NCBI GenBank assembly: GCA_943359485.1
Contig: CALRHR010000001.1
Coordinates: 51,141 to 115,140, forward strand
Reading direction: 5' to 3'
Source of the DNA: Candidatus Nomurabacteria bacterium
GTDB taxonomy: Bacteria; Patescibacteriota; Minisyncoccia; Phycocordibacterales; UBA9973
Length of the DNA: 64,000 nt
Below, one piece after another: positions 18,115 to 29,092 of the stretch; position 1 is the stretch's first letter; each line of letters starts with the position of its first letter. The notes beneath the pieces were generated by a model. That model was not told where the DNA came from. It saw only the letters and a list, made by a program, of their open reading frames with translations, and did no database searches. Both the position numbers and the translations under genes were made by a program.

Positions 18115-20568
18115 ATGCCAAACGAATTAATTAATTTAAAAAAAAATGTGGTCTGGATGGAAAAAGTAGGGATTAAAGATGTGCCGGAAGTCGGAGGGAA
18201 GAATGCGTCTCTAGGAGAGATGATAAGTAATCTGATACCACAGGGAGTTAATATTCCTTCTGGCTTTATTGTGACGGCGAGTGCTTATCGTTATTTTTTA
18301 AAAACAACTAAGCTTGATGAATTTATAAGAAACACCCTGGAAGGATTAAATACAAGTAACTTAAAAGATTTAAATAAAAGGGCGCTTGCGGTGCGTAAAG
18401 AAATCGTGCAAAAGCAATTTTCTAAAGATCTTGAAGATGAAATAAAACAAGCTTATGTTGAGATGGAAAAACGTTACGGAAAAAATATTGATGTGGCGGT
18501 GCGTTCTTCGGCCACGGCGGAAGATTTACCTGGAGCTAGTTTTGCCGGTGAACACGACACATACTTAGGTATCAGAGGTGCGCAAAATATCATAAAAGCG
18601 GTGAAGTCGGCTATGGCGTCACTTTTTACTGTGCGAGCGATCTCGTATAGAGTTGATAAGGGATTTAGTCATTTTGATGTTGCGCTTTCAGTTGGGATAG
18701 AGAGGATGGTTCGTTCCGACAAAGGATGCTCGGGCGTGATGTTTACTCTGGATACTGAGTCTGGTTTTCGTGACAGTATTATTATAAACGGTTCTTGGGG
18801 TCTGGGTGAAATGATTGTGCAAGGAGAAGTGACACCTGATGAATTTATTGTTGCTAAAAAAACTTTACGCACGGCCAGCAATCCGATAATTTTTAAAAAA
18901 CTAGGCACTAAGGCCAAAAAAATGATTTATGCGACAAATAAGGTTACATTTAATCAAACTAAAGTACTTAATACCACAGACAAAGAACGAAATAATTTTG
19001 TATTGACTGATAAAGAAATAATCAAGCTCTCGGAGTGGGGATTAAAAATAGAGGAACATTATACAACTTATAATAAAGGAAAGTGGACTCCGATGGATAT
19101 CGAGTGGGCCAAGGACGGTAATACCGGCGAATTGTTTATCGTACAAGCTAGACCAGAGACTATTCACGCTGGCCGAGATTTTTCTACTGTTCGCGAATAT
19201 CAAAGGAAAGAAGAAGGCAAACTTATCGTCAAAGGAGCTTCGGTGGGTAGTAAGATTTCTATTGGAAAAGCTCGAGTGATTTTAAATGTAAAAGAAATCG
19301 GTCAATTTAAAAAAGGAGAAGTTTTAGTGACGGATATGACTGATCCAGACTGGGAGCCGATTATGAAAATTGCTTCGGCTATCGTCACCGATAAAGGCGG
19401 TCGGACTTCTCACGCGGCTATCGTCTCGCGGGAGCTTGGGATTCCGGCAGTTGTCGGTTCAGAGTTTGCGACCAAGAAAATAAAAACAGGACAGATGTTG
19501 ACGGTGGATACTAGCGGTTCGGATGGTCTGGTTTTTGAAGGGGCGTTGAAATTTGAAGTGATGGAACACAACATAAAAGATATTCCTAAAACCAAAACCC
19601 ACATCATGATGAACATCGCCACCCCGGATACGGCTTTTGAAAAATCATTTTTACCCAATAAGGGAGTGGGTCTGGCACGCGAAGAATTTATCATTGCTTC
19701 GGTTATCGGTATTCATCCAATGGCTTTAATTAACTATAAGAAACTTGAACCGTTACTTAAGAAAAAAATTGATGCGCGAACTCTCGGCTGGGATAGTAAG
19801 ACAGATTTTTATATCGATAATTTGGCGTATGGTATAGCCAAAATCGGTGTCGCCTTTGCGCCCAATCCAGTTATTGTTCGTTTTTCTGATTTTAAAACAA
19901 ACGAGTATCGAACTCTTCTTGGAGGTGATCTTTATGAACCGAAAGAAGAAAATCCAATGATTGGTTGGCGTGGCGCTTCACGATATTATGATCCAAAATT
20001 TATAGAAGCCTTTCGTTTGGAATGTAAGGCAATCAAAAAGGTTCGTGATGGAATGGGAATTACAAATATTATTCCGATGGTGCCTTTTTGTCGCACACCA
20101 GAAGAAGGTCAAAAAACTTTAGAGGTTATGGCAGAAATGGGGTTGCCGACAGCCTGGAGTTCTCGTAAAAAAAACGATCAAAATATTAGCCAGATTGTTC
20201 CCGTTTATGTTATGTGTGAAATTCCTTCCAATGTTTTATTAGCTGATGAATTTCTGGAAATTTTTGATGGAATGTCTATTGGCTCGAATGATCTTACTCA
20301 GCTTGTGTTGGGACTGGACCGAGATTCAGGTATTGTGTCGCATGTAGCCAACGAAAAAAATGAAGCTGTTAAAAAAATGATTAGTACTATCATTAAAAAA
20401 TGTAAGGAAAAAGGAAAATACATCGGCATTTGCGGACAAGCTCCTTCCGACCATCCGGATTTCGCCAAGTTCTTAGTACAAGAGGGTATTGAAAGTATGT
20501 CGCTCAATCCTGATACTGTCGTAAAGACAACTCTCGCTGTTTTCGAAGAAGAAAAAAACTTGGTCTAA
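18115..20568 (+). CDS. ppsA: phosphoenolpyruvate synthase (pyruvate, water dikinase)
   Basis: An 817-aa ORF with the phosphohistidine motif GGRTSHAAIVSRELGIPAVVG and a C-terminal PEP-utilising TIM barrel. Confidence 0.9.
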   Translation: MPNELINLKKNVVWMEKVGIKDVPEVGGKNASLGEMISNLIPQGVNIPSGFIVTASAYRYFLKTTKLDEFIRNTLEGLNTSNLKDLNKRALAVRKEIVQKQFSKDLEDEIKQAYVEMEKRYGKNIDVAVRSSATAEDLPGASFAGEHDTYLGIRGAQNIIKAVKSAMASLFTVRAISYRVDKGFSHFDVALSVGIERMVRSDKGCSGVMFTLDTESGFRDSIIINGSWGLGEMIVQGEVTPDEFIVAKKTLRTASNPIIFKKLGTKAKKMIYATNKVTFNQTKVLNTTDKERNNFVLTDKEIIKLSEWGLKIEEHYTTYNKGKWTPMDIEWAKDGNTGELFIVQARPETIHAGRDFSTVREYQRKEEGKLIVKGASVGSKISIGKARVILNVKEIGQFKKGEVLVTDMTDPDWEPIMKIASAIVTDKGGRTSHAAIVSRELGIPAVVGSEFATKKIKTGQMLTVDTSGSDGLVFEGALKFEVMEHNIKDIPKTKTHIMMNIATPDTAFEKSFLPNKGVGLAREEFIIASVIGIHPMALINYKKLEPLLKKKIDARTLGWDSKTDFYIDNLAYGIAKIGVAFAPNPVIVRFSDFKTNEYRTLLGGDLYEPKEENPMIGWRGASRYYDPKFIEAFRLECKAIKKVRDGMGITNIIPMVPFCRTPEEGQKTLEVMAEMGLPTAWSSRKKNDQNISQIVPVYVMCEIPSNVLLADEFLEIFDGMSIGSNDLTQLVLGLDRDSGIVSHVANEKNEAVKKMISTIIKKCKEKGKYIGICGQAPSDHPDFAKFLVQEGIESMSLNPDTVVKTTLAVFEEEKNLV

Positions 20569-20597
20569 AATAAGTTGTAATATTTTTGCAAATTAAA

Positions 20598-21854
20598 ATG
20601 CCGATTATTAAAAATCTTAAAGCCAAAGAAATTCTGGATTCACGGGGGAATCCGACAGTCAGTGTAATTTGTGAGCTCGAAAGTGGTGCTTCGGGCGAGG
20701 CCTCAGTGCCGTCTGGGGTGAGCACTGGTGAAGGCGAAGCCTATGAACTCAGAGACAACGATGGTACAAGATATAACGGCAAGGGTGTATTGAAAGCAGT
20801 CGAAAATGTAAATACTCAAATCAGTGAATCGTTAATTGGCCAAGAATTAAATCAAAAAACTTCAGACCAAGCATTGATAGATTTAGATGGCACGAAGAAT
20901 AAAAAAAGATTAGGGGCCAATGCCATACTCGCAGTATCACTGGCTTTTGCTCGCGCTTGCGCTAGAGAGAAAAAAATCCAACTTTATGAACACATTGCTA
21001 ATTTATATTTTAAAAATGGAGAGGCACGAATGTATGACTTACCTCAACCTTCCTTCAACACTATTGAGGGTGGTCGGCATTCTGAGAGTGGGCTTTCATT
21101 TCAGGAGTTTATGCTCTTGCCGACAGAATTTAAAACTATGAAAGAAAAAGTAGTCGTAGAGCAAAAAGTCATGAAAGCATTACAGGATATTCTTTTAAAA
21201 GATGGCGAGGAAGTGACGATGGGGGACGAAGGAGGACTTGCACCCAAGCTCTCGTCAAACGAAAACGCGCTTGAATATTTAGAAAGAGCGATAGTTTCGG
21301 CTGGTTACGATACAAATCAAATAAAAATTGGGCTAGATGTGGCGGCCACTTCGTTCTTTGAAAATGGTCAGTATTTTTTTGAAAATAAAATAGTTAGCCG
21401 AGAAAAGATGATTTCAGTGTATGAAGATTTGTGTAGCCGGCACAATATAATTTCTATTGAAGATGGTCTTGAAGAAAAAGATTTTGAAGGATTTTCACAA
21501 ATAACACAAAGATTAGGTGGAAAAATAAATGTAGTGGGGGATGACCTTACTGTCACAAATGTGGGATTAATAAAAAAAGCAATTCAAGAAAAATGCATCA
21601 ATGCGGTTGTAATAAAACCAAATCAGATTGGTACGCTAAGTGAAACTTTGGAAGCTATAAAACTAGCTAAGGCCAACAATATTAAAATTTTTGTGTCACA
21701 TCGAGGCGGGGAGACAGAAGACACTTTTATTGCCGATTTAGCTGTGGCTGTGGGAGCAGATTTTATAAAAGCTGGGGGTCCGACTAAAAAAGAGCGTATA
21801 TGTAAGTATGAGAGATTAATTGAAATTGAACAGGTTTTAACTATAAAAATATAG
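20598..21854 (+). CDS. eno: enolase
   Basis: Contains AKEILDSRGNPTV, IKPNQIGTLSETLEAI and SHRGGETEDTFIADLAV. Confidence 0.93.
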   Translation: MPIIKNLKAKEILDSRGNPTVSVICELESGASGEASVPSGVSTGEGEAYELRDNDGTRYNGKGVLKAVENVNTQISESLIGQELNQKTSDQALIDLDGTKNKKRLGANAILAVSLAFARACAREKKIQLYEHIANLYFKNGEARMYDLPQPSFNTIEGGRHSESGLSFQEFMLLPTEFKTMKEKVVVEQKVMKALQDILLKDGEEVTMGDEGGLAPKLSSNENALEYLERAIVSAGYDTNQIKIGLDVAATSFFENGQYFFENKIVSREKMISVYEDLCSRHNIISIEDGLEEKDFEGFSQITQRLGGKINVVGDDLTVTNVGLIKKAIQEKCINAVVIKPNQIGTLSETLEAIKLAKANNIKIFVSHRGGETEDTFIADLAVAVGADFIKAGGPTKKERICKYERLIEIEQVLTIKI

Positions 21855-21878
21855 CTTTTTTCTACACGACAACTAGTC

Positions 21879-21907
21879 TTGACTTCCATCTATGCTTGGC
21901 ATATACT
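21879..21907 (+). promoter_or_regulatory. sigma70-type promoter of the rRNA leader (TTGACT-N17-TATACT)
   Basis: TTGACT lies at 21879-21884 and TATACT at 21902-21907, with a 17-nt spacer. Confidence 0.6.
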
Positions 21908-21971
21908 CTTCTGAGCGTCTTTCCATTGGTTGGATAGGCGTTTTGATTTACTCCACCAAGTCGGGGTAAAA

Positions 21972-21985
21972 TACTCTTTGACAAA
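21972..21985 (+). promoter_or_regulatory. boxA-like antitermination element
   Basis: TACTCTTTGACAAA resembles the rrn boxA consensus TGCTCTTTAACAA. It lies in the leader upstream of the 16S gene. Confidence 0.5.
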
Positions 21986-22037
21986 AGAATAGGTTTTTTA
22001 GAACAGGTGCAAGTCTGTTCTGTTTTTTTGAGTAAAT

Positions 22038-22103
22038 CCGCACACTTATATTTTGATCGTTTTTCAAACGCGCTTTTAGCGCAATCAAAAAATAAGTGTG
22101 CGG
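22038..22103. repeat. long hairpin with conserved 12-bp termini (CCGCACACTTAT...ATAAGTGTGCGG), copy 1
   Basis: A second copy lies at 29264-29331. The interiors differ but still pair. The tail GTAAA-T-TAA-TAATTT is conserved. Confidence 0.6.
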
Positions 22104-22267
22104 GTAAAGTATAAATAATTTTTAGAGCAAAGATTGAACTCTAACGAATCCAACAAAAATAATACGAATCGTAACATCCAAGGGTCGACGATGCAAAGCA
22201 TCGGAGATACTGAGGAGCGAAGCGACGAATGTACTGTTTTTTGTTTTGTTTCGTTCTAATTAACTTT

Positions 22268-23910
<1,643 letters not shown>

Positions 23911-24138
23911 TTGAAAACTATCCCGGTCCTCTTCGGAGGGCTGAGTGTCAGACCCGTTCTGACCGGATTTATTGAGTCGGTATTGTGTCGCTCAATTGAC
24001 GACACAATAGTTTTTGCTCAAACTTAAAATGAGCTAGACTATATGGAAAGACATATAAAATAAAAAAGTTTCAGCCTTCGGGCTGATCCGCCTCTGGCGG
24101 AAAAAAGGAACGAAACAAAACAAAGGACAGTAACAAAA

Positions 24139-24168
24139 AACACCACATGGAAACATGTGGTGTTTTTT
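24139..24168 (+). terminator. rho-independent terminator after the 16S unit
   Basis: The hairpin ACACCACATG-GAAA-CATGTGGTGT is followed by TTTTTT. Confidence 0.7.
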
Positions 24169-24185
24169 GTTATAATAAAATTATC

Positions 24186-24869
24186 ATGAAACAAGGACCA
24201 CCAGAAAGACCAAAAATAAATGAAATATTTAGTCAAATTGAATGGAATTCTGGACAATCAAAGATACCAGAAGAGGTTTCAGATTCGCTTAAAATACTTT
24301 GTGAAACTGGCATAGTTACTAGATGGTCTACTGATCATAGATTTAAAATCCCAGAAAATTTTATGGTTGATGGAGTATTTGTAAAATTCGATTCAACTTT
24401 ACCCCTTGAAATAGGTGATAAAAGTCAAAGAAAAGCCTTTTTTCAGTTAGCTCAACCGTTTTCAAAGAAAAAACTTTTAGAAGCAGTCAAAGCGTACAAG
24501 AAGTTGGAAAATTTTGCATCACCAGATAATAAGGAAGAGCCAGTGATGTCTTTTGAGTTATTTACTTATCCTACTGGCTCAGCTCGTGGTATAGGACGAA
24601 ACAATTTTTATTTTAGATTTTCAGTTTCACCAACTGACATGTATGCAAATAAAGAGTATGTTATAAGATTTAGAAAAGAACATCCAGAAAAATATAAATC
24701 TATATGCGATAAATTGTATTCAAAAAAGGAAGGTAGCCTAGAAGAATTATTTGATGAAAGTTATCTGGCCCATAAAAAACAACTGCAAGAAGAATTAGAT
24801 AGAGAAGTTTACGAGGCTTATAAAATAATGCGTGGTTATGGGTTTTCAGACCACGACCTTTGTGGTTAA
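24186..24869 (+). CDS. hypothetical protein
   Basis: The start is moved to MKQGPPE because the ORF-track start at 24147 lies inside the terminator hairpin. Confidence 0.5.
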   Translation: MKQGPPERPKINEIFSQIEWNSGQSKIPEEVSDSLKILCETGIVTRWSTDHRFKIPENFMVDGVFVKFDSTLPLEIGDKSQRKAFFQLAQPFSKKKLLEAVKAYKKLENFASPDNKEEPVMSFELFTYPTGSARGIGRNNFYFRFSVSPTDMYANKEYVIRFRKEHPEKYKSICDKLYSKKEGSLEELFDESYLAHKKQLQEELDREVYEAYKIMRGYGFSDHDLCG

Positions 24870-24889
24870 TTTTTTGATATAATTCATTT

Positions 24890-25810
24890 ATGCCAACCGA
24901 TACTAAAAAAAGAATTGGAATATTACGAGGAGGGACAGGGAGACATTATAAATCTTCTTTACAAAAAGGAGGGGATATTATTTCGCATATTTCGGAAAAA
25001 TTATCGGACAAATATAAACCAGTTGATATTTTGATCGATAAAGATTATGTCTGGCATGTAAATGGCGTACCCGTAAATCCTGGAAATTTAGTTAATAAAA
25101 TTGATGTGGCTTGGAATCTTTCTCACCCAAGCTTTTCAAATATCTTAACGAGTTTTTCTATTCCGACCATTGGAGTTGGAACTTTCCTCTCCACCCTTAT
25201 GAACAATAGAGAAATGTTTCGCAACCATGTGAAAAGTATCGGAATCTCTATGCCTCGGCATATTGTGTTGCCAGTTTACCAGAAAGATTTCGATGGTCCG
25301 CAGGAAAAATATGCCATAAAAAAAGCTAAAGAAATTTTTGATAAATTTTCTTCGCCGTGGATTGTAAAATCTCTCACTCCGGACTATGACATGGGTATTC
25401 ATGTGGCGAAAACTTTTCCAGCGCTTGTAAATGCGATAGATGACGGAGTAGCTCACAAGCAAAGTATTATCGTTGAAGAATTTATTTCAGATAAAATCGC
25501 CAGTATTCATTCTGTGCCTGCGTTTCGTGGGGAGGATATTTATGCTTTTCCAGCAGTTAGTGTTTCTGGAAGTTTTTCTAGTACAGAGAGGGAGAAGCTC
25601 GCTAGCATCGCCAGATATTTACATAGGCACATTGACGCCAAGCATTATTTAAAATCTGACTTTGCTCTGAATTCTCGAGGGAAAGTTTATCTATTAAGTG
25701 TGGAATTAACCCCAGACCTAAAAAAAGATTCTCATCTCCATTTTGCTTGCGAATCTGTCGGCTCCGATACGCGCCATGTGGTGGAACATATTCTCGAGAG
25801 AGTTTCGTAA
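24890..25810 (+). CDS. ddl: D-alanine--D-alanine ligase-like ATP-grasp protein
   Basis: The N-terminus KKRIGILRGGTGRHYKSSLQKGG resembles Ddl, followed by an ATP-grasp body. TGaTATAAT (24878-24883) lies 6 nt before the ATG. Confidence 0.6.
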   Translation: MPTDTKKRIGILRGGTGRHYKSSLQKGGDIISHISEKLSDKYKPVDILIDKDYVWHVNGVPVNPGNLVNKIDVAWNLSHPSFSNILTSFSIPTIGVGTFLSTLMNNREMFRNHVKSIGISMPRHIVLPVYQKDFDGPQEKYAIKKAKEIFDKFSSPWIVKSLTPDYDMGIHVAKTFPALVNAIDDGVAHKQSIIVEEFISDKIASIHSVPAFRGEDIYAFPAVSVSGSFSSTEREKLASIARYLHRHIDAKHYLKSDFALNSRGKVYLLSVELTPDLKKDSHLHFACESVGSDTRHVVEHILERVS

Positions 25811-25819
25811 AATTATTTA

Positions 25820-25891
25820 CGGGCCGTAGTATACTGGGTCGTACGCATCCTTCGGGAGGATGTAGCCCCTGTTCGATGCCGGGCGGCCCGA
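25820..25891 (+). tRNA. tRNA-Pro (anticodon CGG)
   Basis: Hand-folded cloverleaf. It has a 7-bp acceptor stem CGGGCCG/CGGCCCG and a D-loop with GG. The anticodon stem is CATCC/GGATG with loop TTCGGGA, and the T-loop is TTCGATG. No CCA is encoded. Confidence 0.85.
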
Positions 25892-25931
25892 CAAGTTGCT
25901 TTACTATTTTTAGTGGATTATAATAAAAAGT

Positions 25932-26273
25932 ATGAAGAAAGTCGTAAAAGATACAAACAAAGAAATGAAGCATTATCTGGGGGTACTTAACGAAATGCAT
26001 GGTGAAAACCTAAAGGGAATTAGAGAGGGTTTTATTCCCATAAATAGAAAACTAGATACTATTACAGAGACCTTAGATAAGCATACAAAAAAACTGGGCT
26101 CTCATTCTGAGATGATAGGTTCTTTGATGAAGGATGTTTCTACTTTAAAATCTGATATGACGATAGTTAAAGGAGATCTCTCTACTATAAAAGGTGATTT
26201 AAAGAAAAAAGTTGACTATGATGATTTTCTTTCTCTAGTACGAAGAGTTCAAAAAATAGAGGCGAAGATATAA
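25932..26273 (+). CDS. hypothetical coiled-coil protein (paralogue of 27589-27855)
   Basis: A 113-aa ORF ending VQKIEAKI. TTGCTT-N17-TATAAT lies 7 nt before the ATG. Confidence 0.55.
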   Translation: MKKVVKDTNKEMKHYLGVLNEMHGENLKGIREGFIPINRKLDTITETLDKHTKKLGSHSEMIGSLMKDVSTLKSDMTIVKGDLSTIKGDLKKKVDYDDFLSLVRRVQKIEAKI

Positions 26274-26288
26274 AATATAACCAAAATA

Positions 26289-27143
26289 ATGAGCAGAAAA
26301 TTTATTATAATCATTTCAATAATTCTTGTAGCCTTTTTTACGACAGAGATTTTTGTCTATAAAAGTAGTTCTTGGGTGTCCGAAAACGAAACAACTACCT
26401 CTTCTGCGCTAGATTCTACAAAACACAGCTCGCTTTTATTTTCAGGGATTTTATTATCTGGGGAAATTCAGGGTCACATATCTCATGGAGAAAAATTCCA
26501 AAAAGATATTGGCCATGGTTTGGTTTTTGAGTTGGTGCCTGATGATTACGGATGGAAAGTTGTTATATCTGCAAAAATAAAGAAAGTTAATGATTATAAT
26601 TTTACTCTGTCTACACCTTCATTCCATGGCGATAATCCAACTTATATTCAAGGGAGAGACTTTACTGATTTAGTCGGTTTTGTTCCAGATCCACTGAATA
26701 ACTTCACCAGAAACATACGAGACTTTTCTTTTGTTCTAAGTAGTGCTGACGCAGATGCTATGGCTATTGCTATCAATAATCTTACTTCGGGTAAAGTTTC
26801 AGATTTTTCACCAGATATTCCTACGGGTCAAGGTAAATTAACCTTTGCAAACACGGAACTCGGCCCTATTGTGCCTGGCCAAGACACATTCATTAAGTCA
26901 ACAGATTTTAGTGTTGATGTAACATTTCCAGAAGTAAACAAGGATTTAAATCCTTTCCCTGTAAAATCAATTAATATGAACTCTTCAGATGGAGGTTTAG
27001 TGAAGGTGACTGCTTATCAGGTTCCCACAAGAGTTCGGTATGCTGCAAATAATTATAGAATTGAGGCTACATCTGCTGGCGTGAATGATAAACTTTACTA
27101 TATAAAGAAATTCTGGTTCCTTTTGCTGGTGATCCAGACTTAA
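26289..27143 (+). CDS. hypothetical membrane-anchored protein, probably frameshifted into 27092-27496
   Basis: It has an N-terminal TM helix (FIIIISIILVAFFTTEIFVY). The frame changes near 27090-27110. Confidence 0.5.
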   Translation: MSRKFIIIISIILVAFFTTEIFVYKSSSWVSENETTTSSALDSTKHSSLLFSGILLSGEIQGHISHGEKFQKDIGHGLVFELVPDDYGWKVVISAKIKKVNDYNFTLSTPSFHGDNPTYIQGRDFTDLVGFVPDPLNNFTRNIRDFSFVLSSADADAMAIAINNLTSGKVSDFSPDIPTGQGKLTFANTELGPIVPGQDTFIKSTDFSVDVTFPEVNKDLNPFPVKSINMNSSDGGLVKVTAYQVPTRVRYAANNYRIEATSAGVNDKLYYIKKFWFLLLVIQT

Positions 27144-27280
27144 AGTTAGTTAGAAGTACTAATGGAAAGGAAGGTGTCGTTGTCATAGAGTATCCATCCG
27201 CCGCCGATGGCGGGCGGGAGGCTTGGCATATTCTTACCAGTAAGAACGGGAAAATAGTTCGACTTGATAGGTCGGAATTT

Positions 27281-27496
27281 TTGAAAAAACCTATTTTACA
27301 AGCTGATTCGGAGAATTGGAGTAGTGTTAGCGATTTTTATGTTATGGCTTATGCTGGAGTTGAAGTTCACGGGGACGAAATAATAGAAACAATTCCAACC
27401 AATCCTTTAAATGGCGCCAAGAATACTACTTTAGAATTTCATTTCAAGTTTACTGGCGATGCAATAGAACTAATGTCAGTCAAGAAAGTCCAGTAG
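27281..27496 (+). CDS. hypothetical ORF, probably the C-terminal part of the 26289 gene
   Basis: Its frame is open back to 27092 and overlaps the end of the upstream ORF. Confidence 0.35.
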   Translation: MKKPILQADSENWSSVSDFYVMAYAGVEVHGDEIIETIPTNPLNGAKNTTLEFHFKFTGDAIELMSVKKVQ

Positions 27497-27588
27497 TAAG
27501 TGCGATAGATTGTTTTTATTTAGCCTAGACAGAGGCTTAGGCTCTGTCTAGTTTGCTTTGATAGTTTGAGTGGTCTATAATACAAGAC

Positions 27589-27855
27589 ATGAAGGTTAAA
27601 AGTAATGATAAAGGATCTAAGATGACAATAGATAAATTGGCGATAATGGTTGCCAAAGGTTTTGCAAATGTGGCTACAAAAGAAGATTTCAAGAGTTTAG
27701 AAGCAAGAATGGCAACTAAAACGGATGTTGAAGGTATAAAAAACCAGCTTGCCGGCATGAATAAAAGAATAGATGATTTTGCAGAAACTAAAGTTTCTAA
27801 AATTATGTATAAAGGACTTGAAAGTCGAGTTCAAAAAATTGAAGCTAAAATATAA
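27589..27855 (+). CDS. hypothetical coiled-coil protein (paralogue of 25932-26273)
   Basis: An 88-aa ORF ending RVQKIEAKI, followed by the same TAAAATATAAxCAAAATAAT trailer. TATAAT lies 7 nt before the ATG. Confidence 0.55.
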   Translation: MKVKSNDKGSKMTIDKLAIMVAKGFANVATKEDFKSLEARMATKTDVEGIKNQLAGMNKRIDDFAETKVSKIMYKGLESRVQKIEAKI

Positions 27856-27882
27856 AATATAAACAAAATAATTCAAGTTAAT

Positions 27883-28803
27883 TTATAATTTTACTAACTC
27901 TTTTTCTAACGAAGAAATAGATCGCTCCAAGTATTTCTGTAGTAATTTATCACTTACTCTTAATAACCTTAAATTATTTAAAGGAAGTTCTATTTCTTGT
28001 TTTTGAAAAACTTTTGCTGAAACTTTACTGTCCACTTTTTCTGTATAAACGTCTTTCCCTTGATGGTATTTTATACTCAAAAAAAGTTTACGTATTGTAG
28101 TGATTATAAATTGTTCTAATTCTCCACTTATCATTTCTTTGGCCAACTCTTTTTTGTCATCAATTTCATCTTTAAGAATATCGTTTCCACTTTCTAGATA
28201 TGTATAAAGTCTTTGCGCATATTCTTTTTCTTGTAAATTGCCTCTTTTTAAATCATTAATAAAATCACCTAAAATTTTATCTAACGCGGGGGTTGGCATT
28301 AAAGCCATTTTGATTTGTTCTGGTGGAATTACATCTTTTTGAGCAGAAATCCTTGTTGCACCATCCCTTAGTCTTTCATTCAACAGAACTTTATTTTGTG
28401 GTTTATGTAATGCTTGATGATGTCTTTCCCAATGATTTCTAAAAAATACTTGTTCTGCTGTTTCCCTAGGAAAACTTGAAATATGTGATACAGAATATTC
28501 TTTGGGCTCCATGATTAAAATCATTCCTCGGTTTTCTCCCGTATCTAAATTATCATATACTTTACCACGGCCAGATTTTCTTCTTTGGTCTATAATTTGT
28601 TCTGCTTTAGTCCAATGTTTTATGCAAAAACTAGGAGCTACTGACAAAGTAGCTAAACCTTCTCTAAAGCGAAAACCTTCAGTATTAATGGCCTCAAAAT
28701 CTTTAGCAAGAGTATCGTGATAGTAATACTTCCGGGGGTTTGCCCGCTCTTTTGATTCTTTTTTTTCTAAGCTAGGATTTGTGAAATTATCTTCAATTCT
28801 CAT
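27883..28803 (-). CDS. hypothetical protein
   Basis: A 306-aa ORF. No motif recognised. Confidence 0.5.
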   Translation of the reverse strand: MRIEDNFTNPSLEKKESKERANPRKYYYHDTLAKDFEAINTEGFRFREGLATLSVAPSFCIKHWTKAEQIIDQRRKSGRGKVYDNLDTGENRGMILIMEPKEYSVSHISSFPRETAEQVFFRNHWERHHQALHKPQNKVLLNERLRDGATRISAQKDVIPPEQIKMALMPTPALDKILGDFINDLKRGNLQEKEYAQRLYTYLESGNDILKDEIDDKKELAKEMISGELEQFIITTIRKLFLSIKYHQGKDVYTEKVDSKVSAKVFQKQEIELPLNNLRLLRVSDKLLQKYLERSISSLEKELVKL

Positions 28804-28960
28804 ATATGAATTATAACACTAATTTATGTATTCCCATTGGCTCGAATTTTTGATACAATATAGTAAAGAATTGTTTTTATCTGTAGCGGGTGGTCGCACT
28901 CACATAGGCACATATGTTGGAGTTTCGCCATCACCCGCTTCAAATGAAAATAATAAAATA

Positions 28961-28992
28961 AAAAATCACAAAATATTTTTTGTGATTTTTTA
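28961..28992. terminator. bidirectional hairpin terminator
   Basis: AAAAAATCACAAAATATTTTTTGTGATTTTTT. Confidence 0.6.
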
Positions 28993-28993
28993 T

Positions 28994-29092
28994 TTTGTAC
29001 ACTTCACTTCGTTCAGTGTCCTCAATTTTGTAATTTGCTACGCAAAAATAAAATTGGTTTGTACATTCACTTCGTTCAGTGTCCTCAATTTT
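28994..29092. repeat. tandem ~64-bp repeat (2 copies)
   Basis: TTTGTACA(C)TTCACTTCGTTCAGTGTCCTCAATTTT occurs at 28994 and 29058. The partial motif CACTTCGTTCA recurs at 29425. Confidence 0.7.

Noticed and set aside
322-20725. Numerous 60-140-aa ORFs antisense to guaA, nrdA, thrS, smc, ppsA, gyrA, murD, infB and others in the ORF track.
   Set aside because: They lie entirely inside strongly supported genes on the opposite strand or in other frames. Their translations are low-complexity, and they have no promoter or start context.
28994-29092. Possible mini-CRISPR: two ~35-nt repeats separated by 28 nt.
   Set aside because: There are only two copies. The supposed spacers resemble each other (both end AAAATAAAA-ATTGG), so this is a 64-bp tandem duplication. 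No cas genes lie nearby, and the repeat has no typical CRISPR terminal motif.
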